Positions 1 to 14,100 of a stretch of DNA of 64,000 nt are shown here, piece after piece. The position numbers and the translations under genes are program-made. This DNA is from Styela clava (Eukaryota), in contig NC_135261.1 of assembly GCF_964204865.1 (NCBI RefSeq), positions 18,724,001-18,788,000 on the forward strand, written 5' to 3'. Every line of letters begins with the position of its first letter. The stretch's first letter is position 1. The notes beneath the pieces are model-generated. The model did no database searches. It was not told the DNA's origin and saw nothing but the letters and a program-made list of their open reading frames with translations.

Positions 1-200
1 ATCGGAACGTAACATGGGTAACAGGTTAGGGTTAGGCGATAATTTTTTTCCAATTTTCCTATTTTAGTCCTATTATCAGTTCGAAGACTAGCCAAGAGCC
101 TCCCGTAGTATTTATACCTAAAATTATGGCCTAACCCTAACCTAGTACACATATTACATTCCGATGTCCGCCATCTTGGTTCGCATACTTCGGGAGCCCC
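1..200. mobile_element. Palindromic MITE family A (left end cut by the window edge)
   Basis: GGTTAGGGTTAGG...CCTAACCCTAACC and a terminal CCGCCATCTTGGTTCGCATACTTCGGGAGC, homologous to 1901-2137. Confidence 0.8.
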
Positions 201-1900
201 ATTTAAGTTTTATTTACCTAGTTCCATGTAATTGATATGTATTGAAACATTTTCTATCGTATAAATATTTCCATTTTTGAAACATTAATGCGCAAAAGTG
301 AGTTGTTTAACGTTAAGAGCCACGCATTGCTTGTAATTCTAGTTTTTAGATACATTATCCTTGCGGAGAAGTCGGGTTGTTTTCTATACTAAAAATTAAT
401 ATGCTACATATCAAATGGCTGGGAAATTTCGGATTCAAAACCTACTTCAAAGGAGAAATTGTATACTGCGGACTTTTATGTCGAAATCTTACACACTATA
501 TAAAACTATGATAAAACTAAAATAATATTTTACAGTATTTGTATCGATAAATACGCTCTGTTGGTAAAAAAAAGTCTAGTGTTCATGAAATAAATATTTT
601 TAAAATACGCTTTGAATTTTATAAATACTATTCCATTGCTATGAACTCCACAACCGCTTGGCTTTTTTCTACGTGTGCGACCAGAAGTCACTCAGTTTTA
701 AGTACAAGCCCCCGAGCTAACTTCAGTCTTTGCTACCAATATTACGCCAGAATTGACCGGAGATTTTATTTGATCGGGACCGGAAAATAGGATTTGGATT
801 TATGCGTAGTTTTACAGATTTGTCGTTGAGCTCAGGAATCAGTTTAGTTTTTTTTCACTTTAGATGGTTAGGTGATTCTTCTTTTAAATTGATAATAGAA
901 ATAATTGAAAATTACTTAGAATTGTGAACTGATACATATATATATTAGTCTATGTGAATAAAAATAACAAATAAAATACAATAATAAGTTTTTGATAATT
1001 GACATACCGGTAAGTAAATAGAACTAGGAATTGCCTGTTTTTTTCATTCTATTGATTATTTATTTATTTATCATATTTTGACTACGTTTGGTGATTCCTA
1101 GTAAATAAATTTGTAAACTTGACAAGTATGTATTATACCGCTGATTTGACACGTTTTCTTCTGATTATGAAACTGAAAGATTTAAATATTCAATAACACA
1201 GATTTAAAACAAAATTTAGTACCAGAATCAATATATAGTTGAGCGTATGAGTGATTGAAAGTTAAAATATGTACTGGGAAATGGGTATGTACGCAAAAGA
1301 TTTTTATGATAAAAATTTTATTCATTTCCTTTCCAAATATTTTGTGATTTAGATTTTTGCAGAACTCTTTCTTTACTATTGAAAAAATATTGGTTTTCAC
1401 AAAATTATGAGATAAAAATTAGGTTTTCTCAATTTTTTTCGTTATACGCTGAGTACCTGGTATTTTACGACCAAATTTCAAAATGTCGATAGTTTTGGAA
1501 TGTTTAAATACATTTATGGATTTTTGAAAAATTCAAATTTTTTTTACAAATTTCATTTCAAGATCCAAACTTTTCTTCGCATTCAATATTAGATACTTTA
1601 TATAAAGCAATGACATCATCACTTTCGATGTATATGACGCAATAATACCTCCATATCATTTTAATATAATATCACCAGTGATATAAATTTCAAAGTAAAG
1701 ATCACACATATTTGGTTGCATTCTGAAAATAACTAATATTAAAAGAAAATGTAAAATAAACATTTTTCTTGTGTAATTCGGAGAATTTTCTAGAACCCGT
1801 TTTGTAAAAATGTATAGCGCCAAATAGGAACTGTTTTATATAATGTCTATAATAAGTTAACTTTATATAAGCTATTATGTAGGGTGTTTGTACAATTTTA

Positions 1901-2137
1901 GGTGCTCCCGAAGTATGTGAAACAAGATGGCGGACACCGAAACGTTGTATGTGTACCAGGTTAGGTTTAAGCCATAATTTCAGGTACAAATACTACGGAA
2001 GTCACCTGGCTAGTCCCCGAACTCGTAATAGAACTAAAATAAGGAAAATTGGAATAAAATTATGGCCTAACCCTAACCTGGTACACATACTACGTTCCGG
2101 TGTCCGCCATATTGGTTCACATACTCCGTGAGTACCC
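1901..2137. mobile_element. Palindromic MITE family A, full copy
   Basis: About 80-bp imperfect terminal inverted repeats (GGTGCTCCCGAAGTATGTGA..CAAGATGGCGGACACC..GGTTAGG / CCTAACC..GGTGTCCGCCAT..TCACATACTCCGTGAGTACC). Non-coding. Confidence 0.88.
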
Positions 2138-5100
2138 ACATTTATATAGCCGAAATCGGAAATAAATCGCGTGCAACCAAACGAAGTATTGTCCAACTGT
2201 TGTTAAATTTTGCTCTCGAATACAATGGACACTATATAGATATGACATACGCATTATAGATGAACATCACTCAAATTTCTTTACTTTATTTTAACGTGAT
2301 AATTTGTAAGCGTTTTGAATTTCGATAGTAATCTGATACATTTTGTCCGGCTAAAATAGTAAGAAAACGAACCACACTTGAAGACCATTGGAATGAATTT
2401 TAACTTCTTTGAACTAATTTAATTTCAAGACATTTATAGTAGAAGTATGTTCAAATTTTACTGTTCCGTATTTTGCTGCTTCACTGTTCCAAACAGGCTA
2501 TATATGTATGTGTATATGTATGTACAATGGGTTTAGTTTTGAAGTCATTACTAGGCGAGGTACTTCTAGTTTGTAAGATAAAGTAAAATTAATCAATATT
2601 TATTATCTATTGTTTGATCAATGTGCTACCTTGATCGCAATTGACCTAGTGGTAACTATTACCAGTTTGGAAAGTTATGTCTTATATCAGGATTTACCTA
2701 TCACCACTCTCATACCCTACTGTGATTCTAATGCTACTGCTAATGGTTAGAAAATCTGCTAATCAATAAGAAAATTAGTGAATAAACTTAAAATATGCTT
2801 TTAGCAAAAATGGGAATATGATGGGAATAGGAATATGATAAATAAATCCATATAGAAAGCTGCTTCATTTTCTATGTGTTACATCATTGTGCTCGTGAAT
2901 AATGTATTATAATTTGACACTCTTCGGTGCATAGATTACCTTTATACGAGGTCATATTTGGAATGCTGTAGAATATTTTCTTAGAATATTTTATTTTTTT
3001 GTTTGCTTTTGGAACTTTTTTAAATTTGATTGAAATGGAATTTGAACTTCTATGTTTGGATAATGATATAATATTTAAGCTGGCTTCTAATCAGTTTTCT
3101 CAGTAAAACATCCAGAATAGGAACTTTGCTAGCGGTTGGTTGAGTTAGATTTTAGAGCAATACATTTTTTCTGATTCGATATACCACAAAAATATATATT
3201 TATATTCTGTTCGACTGTGTCATATTGTTTCACAATTTGAAGGAATATGTACAAATATTAGAAGTATTTTCATTTTCTTGAACTAATAAAGGAATTCAAA
3301 CCAAGACAACCAAAGCTGATCGCCAAGGCTTTGAAATGAAATTTGCGCTTTTATTTAAGCCTCTGAGCTCGATTATCGACGAAAACAAAGAGAAATAAAC
3401 AGAAAATCAAACAACTAAATTAAGTTAATTAAAAAGCTAGTATAGACATTATTAATTCCGCCAAATGCTTGCTAATACGCGGATCACAAATAAAATGTTC
3501 TTTATTAGAGCTTTATAATGGACGGAATCACAAAAGTCAAACTATTTGTTTCAATGTGATTCAAATGATTGCAAAATCACAATAGTTTTTACAATTTTTA
3601 GCAGTGTACATAAAAGTTCGAGATTGTTTATGAGATCGCCAGGTGATTTTGTTGTCTGGAACGCATTTCGTTGGATCCGTGTTCCGGTGGCACGAATTTT
3701 TTCGTCGTTGTTTTGTTATGTATATAAACTATCGGCGTCTAAGTACTGTACGTGTAATGCAGAAGAACTGGCCGCGAACCTTATCAATTTATTTCATAAT
3801 TAGAAAGGTAGCTTGACTGTGACGCAAGCGAAAATTGAGTTGTTTTTGCCTAATTTAGTTCTATAAAAACACATTAATCTATTAATTGCAAAACCTAAAT
3901 AAACAAAACGAAAATGATTAAAAATGGTCACATTTATTTTTTCAAATTATCGTTTTTTAATCGATAAGTAGATTTTTTGTAGATCACTGTGAATTGCGCA
4001 GATCACAATTGAACGAATTTGTTTTTCTTCATTCGTTAGAGATTATGTTCAGTCTTCAGTATTGTTAGTAATAAAATATTAAGTTCGAGCGTCACCTTGA
4101 GAAAAACTTAGACCAAAATTACATTTCGTTTACCTTCATTTAGCGGTTGTATGACTAATTTGTCCTTGTTGGTTTATTGCATATAGGTTAGTTGAGGTGA
4201 GATTTTTGAATTCCAATCTCTCAAAATATTTTTTGTTGTTGGTAACCATATTTTTCAAGAGCCCTTGTTAACATGTCACAAGTTATGATTCATCCACGTA
4301 AGGGATATGGATAAGTCTCACATTCTAAGAAACTCCTACTGATACACCGTACATGACCGATATATGCACAACAAGCAATTAATGGAGTCGAAACATGTCA
4401 TAGAAACAATGTTATTTTATGAAACCATCGTCACACGCTAACGTCATCAACATGTTTCGGGCGCGTATAATCTATTCAAATCACGTGATTTTTTCACTGA
4501 AATTTTGAAAATTATATTACATGCAGCATTGACCGAGGTACTATATACAGAGATAAACAACCTCAAAGAAACAGATTTTACTGCAAGATCATGTAAGAAA
4601 AATAGCTTGAGAGGTGAAAATTTCTCTCTTACATTGTCTATTGTGCCGTTACACCCTGCCAAGGATATAGCGAAGATAAATCTGCCATGAGCTTGTTCGC
4701 ACGAATTCGGAAATAATCAAAGATGTATTTAGGCCATTTATTCCTATATTAGCTTGTACTTGACCGCTATATTGTCAAATCTGAAAAATGTCACTTGCCA
4801 AATTTCATCATAGATCTTTTGAAAATTTTAGGTGGTAAACTTTTGATATAAGGTTAGAAGAAAAGAACACAAACGATACCTCATCCAACGTTTTATTACT
4901 ATTCTTTAACATAAAATGAAAAAGGCTTTAACGTACAGTGATCAATTGTCTTAGTTGATGAGAATGTTGAGTGATAAAACACCATCTTGTGCCCTCTGTG
5001 CATGTCTTTTCTCCATTTTCCAAAAAAGGTTTTGGGCTAAATAACTAGATTGTTAGCTAGTTCTCATTGGTAATATTCGTACTTCGTTCCCCCAAAGTTT

Positions 5101-6619
5101 CATAGGTTTCGTTTTTGCCCATCTATTTATCCGACTGGGAATACAATATTCTTTAAAACAATTCCAGTCGATATTTAGTATGTTATTGTTGCTACAATAA
5201 ATGCATGTGTAGTTCTAAGCACGTAAGTAGTTTGTAACTTTTATATCAGTAACGTTTCAACTTTTTGAAGAAGCACCGTAACTTTGTAAAATAATAAAAT
5301 CTAGCTCGATGTCTCTGGTTGAAGGCTTTTTAATCTGATGGCGCAATATTTGAACCCCCATTTACTGTCGAATGCGGGTCCCGGTATTCCATAAAATTGG
5401 TGAAATTTACGCAATGTGAAAATTTCGTCATTATTGCAAAAGTGTATCAGAGAATTGTGTGTCCATATTATAAATTGTTTTAATTCCAATCGTATATAAA
5501 TTTCTTCAGGTAAAATATACAGTATATACAGCAAATACCTGACATCACGCGATTTTGTCTTAGTATTGCTTGGTCGTAGAAAAAGTATACCCGTGCCATG
5601 CACAAACGATGATATTTATCGGCTTTGAAGTAGAAACATTCAGATTTCCGAATTAGACTGTTGTTGATATAAAGACAACGTTAAGTACTTTATTGTATTT
5701 ATTTGCCACCCTATGCTTGATTCAATATTTTGCGAGAAAATGAAAATTCATCTTGGCATGCTAAAATGACACACATTGTGAGTAGAATTTATGCTGTTAA
5801 GAAACTGCAATATCATTATTAATTTAAACTCAAAGTGTGCCAAAATAGTTGAAGACACCATCATGTTATTTACGAGGAACTCGGATAATTTAATATTATC
5901 ATGGCCTACAATTTTCGAAAAGTGTTACTTGACCAGTGATCTTGGTACAATTTAAACGAATCACTGATCACGAATCACTGTTTAAATTAATTTAATATCA
6001 AATCTAAGAAGCATTCATTTTTTTGTAGAGAAAATGATTAAGTCGGTTGGTATGGTTCAGAACTAAAGTATTTCACACGAGGATTTCAGTGAATTAGCTA
6101 AAATTTTAAAATTGAAAATGAAATGTGTCACGTCCGCTATCAAATTGTGATATTATATTTTACTCATGACTTATGAAATAATATCCAAGTGTCATAAAAT
6201 TATTCGATTAAAGTGTAGAAAACAATAATATTGAATTACAATGTATACTTTCGATATGGCGAAATATAAGATATGAAGAATATTAACTTACGTAATGCCT
6301 GATCAGTAATAATTTTTGAAAAGAAAACGCCGCCCACTGTTTATTTGGTGGTTCGTAGCAGACACAAACATAAACGGAAGGTACATATATATGTCTATCT
6401 ATAGATTGTTTACTTGACAAAAAGTATTGTATGAGCATAAAATGGAATAGTTGAAGTATTTTTGGAGGCAAGAATCATAACAGTTTCTATATAACTTTCA
6501 TAATTGCGTTCTATTGTATTTTTCGTACCTTACATAGTTTTATGACGTACGAAGTCTATCTTACGCCCTTTTCTATTGAAAGGTGAAGAAAAATTTCAAA
6601 CTTGGATTTAATGACCACT

Positions 6620-6725
6620 TTTATTGGTCAGTGTGAAATAGTTAAATATATTTCTGACGATTGCTTCTGATTGGAGGCGAGAATGACGACACGGAGTACG
6701 TGATACATGAAACTCCGCCAATACA
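6620..6725 (+). promoter_or_regulatory. Candidate Wnt6 proximal promoter with three CCAAT boxes
   Basis: ATTGG at 6623 and 6670 and CCAAT at 6718 (47-48 bp spacing), in a locally CpG-containing stretch about 300 bp upstream of ATG 7014. Confidence 0.35.
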
Positions 6726-7013
6726 CTTCGAGTTTGTTTGCAATAATTCATATGTGGATATATGCATTGCTGAGTGAACTAAGTCGTGGGGACTAAAAAT
6801 TGAGTTTCCCTGCTTTCAGGTGGAAGAAAGACTTAGAAAACAAAAAGGATTTTGGCGATATCGACGACGCTCTATGCTGAGATTTTAATTACTGCGTTAG
6901 CTAAGTGAAGCTTCTAGACACAGACTAACGACGCTTGTTTTCAAATTTTGGAATCTTGTTCTGGTAACTTATCCCAGGAGACTGTAAATTACAGCGGAGT
7001 TAATCAGGTTGAT

Positions 7014-8158
7014 ATGACTGAATTAGTTCCAACTTTTTGCAGTCGGTATACGCGCTCGTCTGTCAACACTAGTAAAGGGAAAGTTCAGGCTCGAAGTTCT
7101 TCCCCTTTACAACATGATGTCAGATGTTGCAAAGAGCTTGCATTGTTTATTGGAAACCACATCCCTGAAAAACTGTCTAGTCGAGAATTAGAGTGGTATT
7201 GGAAAGATGAAGAGAAAATGCTGCACTCGCAACTGCAGGATAACATAAACTTCAGATATCAGTCCTCGGATCAGTCGGGTGCCGTTCGCGGTTTGCCGCA
7301 AGATAATTTTAAAAATTTGCGGCAAACGTTATCAACCACAAATCAACTATGGTGCGTTAGATGCGGTGGAATGATACCAATGCACTCATCAACCACCACG
7401 ATTCGGAAACCTTGTCCGGTTTCCGAATCCAAATTTAACCGTGACAAACGCACATCCATCAAGTTCATAAAACAAAGTACGGAAAATGAGAAATCTTCAA
7501 GAACGAACTGTCGTTTGCAGAAAAATTTCACTTCAAATTTGGCAGACAAAAGCTTGTCATTCCAAAATCAATGCGAGAGCATATCAGAAGAAATTTTTTT
7601 AAGTCGAGGGACAAAAGACTCTAAAAAGTTTGTTGAAAATAAATGGCACAATTGCAGCAATATGTGTAAAAGAGAAAGCGAAAATTTTCAATGCCAAAAA
7701 CACGGATATAAAAATATTTATCAAAGGGAGTTTATGAAAATAAACAAATTAGCGAATGAATTTATCAGTTCAGAATCATCTGGAAGGTCTACAACTTCTG
7801 GCAAAAAGGCTAAGCTCAACAAAAGTTTAGTATCGTCTACAAATATTAAAGGTTCTCAAACTTTACCAACAACGACGTCCAAAAGCCTTCTTAAAAACAG
7901 GCAAAATTTAAGAACAAAATCCCTTTTTAAATCGGATTTACAAAATCGTAATAAAAAAGAAAATTTGAAAACTATTCAATTATTCAATCTATCACGTCTA
8001 CTTATGACTTGGATTATTGCATTACTTGTCGGTTTTTTGAACGCTGGACGAATTCTAACCGGAACTATCATATCTCATAAAAATTCGAAGGGATTAGTAT
8101 CGAGGCGTGCTGTATTTGTGTTGTGGACATTGATCGTTTTACCTGGAGATTCAAAACG
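7014..8158 (+). CDS. Wnt6: Wnt6 exon 1: long N-terminal extension plus two hydrophobic segments
   Basis: A 404-codon stop-free frame (6948-8162) in very AT-rich DNA, with the first in-frame ATG at 7014. It ends at a consensus donor CG|GTGAGT (8159) in phase 2, matching the acceptor at 17550. The end of the exon encodes LLMTWIIALLVGFLNAG and AVFVLWTLIVLPG. Confidence 0.7.
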
Positions 8159-11100
8159 GTGAGTACAACTTTATTTTCATTATTTATAATTTTTTCCAGC
8201 ATGCAATTCAAAATTGATGTGTTGAAATATCAAATACCTTCACAGGTGATTCTGATAATATTTCGCTTACAATTTCTACGTGAAATAAGTCAAATAGGCA
8301 AAATAAATATGGTTTCAAATGACCAAGAATGACATAACAAACACTTCGATGTATATGCAATAATAATTTTAATCAATGTGTTATTATCAAATGTTTGGTT
8401 CCTTCTCAAAAAAATATTAGGCTTGAAATGAAGTCATGAATTTATAGCGATAGAAAAGCAATGTCTCGTCTCACCCGCCTCACATTTTACTAGTGAATCA
8501 TAATAGCAGTAATCATATAGCTTTGTCTAGTGCTATCCAAGAAACTTACTTATTTGCACCGATGCTGTTTCTTTAAAATAAACACCGAGGACCTCACGTG
8601 TATTAGCCTGTGATATTCTAAAATTTATACCACAAATCTGGTTTTTGGCGAGAAAAAGTATATAAGCGGATTAGATTTGATAAAATCTAGACACAGTTTG
8701 TCACTATAAACAATGCTGATAACATTATGTAATGTCTATGTAGCAGATTACAGAACAGCTTATAAAGTTTAACTAATTTGAATACCTATGAGATGAAAAT
8801 AGATTTTGAGTAACCGCTACATCGTTCTTACCACGCGTTCTTCCGTATCCGTTGGCAATTTCAGCCTTCCATTTTCGGAGATTTCCAAATAAAAACATTC
8901 CAACATTCCTTTCTGTCAATAACTCTACTCTTCGGGACCCTTAAATGAATTTATTTGTATCAACTGAAACTTATTTGGTGAAGTAAATGCTGATTATATC
9001 TTTCAACCTTGGGTTGGGGTAGTTGATACCAGAAAATATTATCTACTAGAAGCGTAAAACATTTTTTTTTAATTTCATGGCGATAAAAATTGTTATGTAA
9101 ATATTGGAAGTGTTAGTAATTTTTTAATATGTAGAGAGACTGGGATGTTTCCCAATTTCATTCAAATCAGCTATCACCTATGTAATTAACGATTGAAACC
9201 ATGCATATCTATTGGAAATTTCCACCAGTCAGTGTACGTGCAAAATTCTAACGAAAAAATGAAATGTATTCAAACGTAGACGTTAGTGGACGCAATTTCT
9301 AAGTAGGCATAAATAGGTTTATAGGTGGGAATAGGTATCCTAGTTCGATTTGATCAAATACTTATAGGCTATACAAGCATCCTAAATTTTAATCAGAAAA
9401 ATATCTCCAATAAAACCTGTCAGTACTTGTGTAAATAATAAACCGTCTTATATAGGAATTGGCAATTTACTTCAGTCAAAGCTTCTGTCAAACTGTTTCT
9501 AGCGTTTGAGACCTCTGCAAACGCAGTGAGCATACTCAAAACATTCTGGTTTCGTCTGTGGTGACATGCAGCTTTTTTAACTACGCTATGAAATTCAAAA
9601 GCCACGTCAGTGTGTGTGTATACATGTTGTATTCCTCATTGACTGATACTTAACTATAGCTAGAGTACCTTGGTTATATTAGTGTGGAGATCTATGATCA
9701 AAACAAGAAATAAGGATAACATGATGCAGTCAATCATCACTTCTAAATCTCTATTTCCGGAAGCTATGTGTCTTGAATCGTCCCCCGAATTTCCCAAGGG
9801 AATGAAGCTTAATTTACAACCTACTATTAACAGTGACGACATGTTTCTGTGGTCGCTTCGGGACACATTTAAAATCTGGCTGTGTAGTGGTGTAAGCTAT
9901 ATACTTACCAAGAATAAAATTTATATATACTCTATTTACAAATGGCTTTGCTACGTTACAACTCAAACGCGTTCAAGATATATTTTGTAGTGCTATTCAA
10001 CACTATTTACATCATTAATATTGAACGCAAATTACCCGCGGTATTGCATCTTTGTTTATGAATTCACACTAACCGTAATAAACAATATCTAGTTAGGGAC
10101 GAATTTAGACAATGAGAGGCCCTGGACCATGGAGGGGCATATTTTATGAGGATCCTCTTTAACACCGACGTCAATTTGTTTTATGGAAATCCATTGTGGC
10201 GCAATACTAGGCTTTTCATGATCCATATAAATTGATTAAGACGTCATGAATAAATTTTACAGGCAAGGTACGGTGCTCTAATAACCTAGGCAAAAATACT
10301 GAGTTGATTTGAACAACACTTTCAGACTTTAAGTTAAGAAACTCAAGGCTATACCAAAACGTCCAGAGGACCGGAGAACCAACGTCATGATACCCGATTC
10401 TAGTCGCGAGAAGATGTGGGGGTGCTGGGGTTATCATTGCCTAATTACTGATAAATAAACTTAACATTCCAGCTTTTTGACATGAATGGTTCTGCGATAA
10501 AATGATCCCAAATTAGGTGAAAAAATACAATGATTCTAAGATTCATTGTTTCTTTAATAAATGAGTATAGCTTTATATCGATAATCACCGTACCATCATT
10601 CAGATAAAAACTGTTCAATTAATTCAAATTAGCGTGTTTTGTTTTTAAGATAAATGAGTAGAACTTTTCAAATTGAGACAATTTTAGTTTTAGACCTTTT
10701 TAATGGCAAATAGTTTTTAAAAACACCTTGAAAATGAATGACCGTTCATAATTGATAATGTCTAATTCAGCAAACCTTCCCTAATGGTGAATCCAGCTCT
10801 AGTTGTAGTATCAAAAAACTTGTCATACGCAACTTCAGCAGTCGTGTTTCAGTCAAGTGAAAGCCCGTTTGAAAAATATAACAGCTTCACAATCAGAGCT
10901 GATCAAAATTTTCATTTTACAATTTTGTTTTGCTGGAACCACGCTCTCAATTTGAAGGTAGTAATAATTTGATTAGTACAAAATACTGCATGTGTGAATG
11001 CTGTAGGGCGGTAGGTGAACTATGATCTACTCAAGTTCAAAGGTTATTATCGCGATTGTCGTCCGCGTGAACGACTGAGCAGCTTTTAGTTTTAGGAAGA

Positions 11101-14100
11101 CCATGACTGCTACGGTGAAGCTGCTTTTTGCTGCAATGGTTTTACGAAAAATGAAACATCTGTAGTTTTCGAGTACTTACGTGGATAGAAATTCATTGAA
11201 TTGGTTAGAGAGCATTAATGTGGTAATTTATATAAAAGCATATACAGATGAAGTGAAACAAACATTCCTCCAGTCCTACTCAGTTTAGATTGAATTCCAT
11301 TCTTCTTGTATCAAGCTTAGGTCATGACGTGTCACTGTAACCAGTTAATCCCAAAGGTATTCCGGCCTAGAATTGAGCTTTGGTTTGCCCCTGGCCATAT
11401 TATGTCTATACATTGTAAAGATTTGCGCTAAGTGTTTTAATTCTTTGGCGAAAGTTGTAATATGTCTACCGGTACCTTTTTTATGATCGACTGTACTCAG
11501 CGACACCTGTTCACTTCAAAGGGTTTCTGGTTTGATATTGTACGTTGTTAAATTAAAACTGCTGTTAAGCTGCTCAATGTTTGTCCTAATCCGCAGATTG
11601 TTTGAAAACAATATAATGTAAACACGATTGTTGCTGTCGTTCTGTTCAACCAATTGTGTCAAATTGTCCCAGAGTTGTAACACTTGAAAACCAAGAAAAC
11701 TTTCAGTAGCTTGATGATAGCGAACATTCTGTGTACAGTGTATTATACATTATTGCAGATTCTCACTTGTTAAATTTCGAGTATTTCTGTTCTAAAATAG
11801 ATGGATAACACAAAAAATGTACATATTTGAGTGTTTGAACTGCAGTAGTGAGATTGAAATTCCCCAAACACAAAGTTTTGAAATCCCCGTTACATTGAAT
11901 GATTTTAATCGGTATGCGCAATCACAATGTAAGAATGCTTTCAAATCATATGTATTACGTAATCGAATGAAATAGTTCTTGAGGTATTTCTTGCATCACA
12001 ATATTTTTAGAGTATTCGATGCCATCAAAGAAATTCTTCACTTCAATTCACAATTATTTTTTGGAAAACATTATTTTGAAATTTTGCACTCGGAATTCTA
12101 AATTTATGTGTGTGGTCTGTCACGGTAAATCGGAAACGATTTAAACTTCAAAAATATCGTGTCGTTAGTGCAGTAAATTATACTGAAATCAACACTAATA
12201 CATGACTCAGCGTTTAAAAACTAAAAAGATGCTTAAATTAGTTTCTAAGAAATCATGCATTTGATATAGGTATGATAAAATTGCGGAGTCAGAAATGGTC
12301 ATTTGTCGAGCACATCCAATGATCACCCAATCCAAGGTACAATCTGATAGGTCTTTAACTCATATTATTTAGCAAATGTAACTAGCAGTGTGAGAGTTCA
12401 TTAAATCCATAAGCAGGCATAAAATTCACTGAAGTTTTTAATATACCCAGACTTCACAACGTTATAATAAACTCATGAAATTGACTATTTATGAATAAAG
12501 ATTCTTATAATTTGCTTTATTGAAAATATTTAAATTTTAGTGAACGTATAATTGCAGATAGTTTATGATTAATAAATAGTAAAACTGAAACTTTTGGATA
12601 CAATCATATGCAGGTCAAGCGTTAAATTGAATATAAAAAAAATTGAATGAAGTACTTTTTTTTCGTAGATGTAATTAGGAAATTTATGGTTCTACCTTTT
12701 GATTTCAAGATAACATCTTTGAAGGAAGATACATGAAAGGTTTCATATGTTATCACTGAAATCAACCAGTCATATACGAGGTTTCGCATACAAATTTTAC
12801 ATATGTGTCATAAAAGTGTGAGAAATTCACTTTATCAAATACTTTAACTTATCGCAGCAAAGCTACATATTTTGTATCGTGTCCAACTTTTATCTTGGTA
12901 TTAACAACACAAAAATATGGTGTCTTCAGCCCGGGGTGTTTATGATTTTGTATCCGTCTGCTACTGTTTACTCTCGTTCTAAAAGATCGTAATTGCATCT
13001 TCAGAAGCTGAAAACATTTCACAAATTCAACGCGTTATGTTCTAACGTATATCCACAGATGATATCTTGCATTTATATTTAGTAAAGTGGGAGTGATACA
13101 CGACCACTGTCGCCATGGTGTGTTCAGTGGCAGTGACTAAGATAATATAATGATAATTTACAAAAAATTGTCAAATACTTCAAACACTGGAAGGTACGAT
13201 ACCTTGGTCCGATACACTGCGGGGACACTCAGTAGCCGAGTAGATTCACCATTGGTTAGGTTATGTCCTAGATCAGGGTCGTCCAACCCGTGGCCCGCCG
13301 AAGGTTTTCGATTGGCGCGCGCGGTATTATTCGAATCCTAATGTCTTTCACAAATCTGAGCCCTTATAGAAACCTCTAATAAAAAAATTGTCGTTCAAAC
13401 GCGCGAGAAGCATCACCTACAAGCTATCGAAAGCTAGTGAGACATGCTTGAATTTATTTTTATCGTCTGCCATGTATTTCAATCTGTTTTCCAGTCTTTT
13501 TTCTGTGAAGAGACAATTTTATGACCCCAATATTTGACAGCATTTACTTCTACGAGCAAGTTTTTTCACGGATGAACCATGTAAAATCCCCTGTGATACA
13601 CAAATTTTTGATAGCCACGTAAAAAATCCGTTCCGCATTGATACATCGTCCATTGCACCTACTATTGACAAACTTGTCGGATAAACGCAGTGCTGTCTTC
13701 CCATTCAAATATCTATGTGTGGTAAAAACTTTTGACTTTACTGTATCTTCGCATTTCTATTGTTCTTATAATTTAGGTGCTTTGTTCGATTTTCATTGTA
13801 TTGTCGTCGGTGTAGTGAAAACTAGAACATGACTACCATGTCAAGTGGCCCCCGCAATCATTTGTAAACTAAATGTGGTCCTTCGTCCAAAAAGGTTGGA
13901 CTACCCTGTTCTAGATGTATATAGTAGGATGTTTATTCAATTGCACATTCATGGCCTGGAAACGCAATAAACTTCGTTTTATTTTAGCGTTCAAAAATAA
14001 TTGATGCAGTGAAATCACTTTCGAAAATGGAAATTGGTATTATGGATATATAACATAATTTTCTAGTTCTAGTAACATTCTGCCGTTCTGATTCCAGGCT

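Noticed and set aside
24-142. Telomere or chromosome end (GGTTAGGGTTAGG at the window start)
   Set aside because: Only about two units, in both orientations, embedded in a dispersed MITE.
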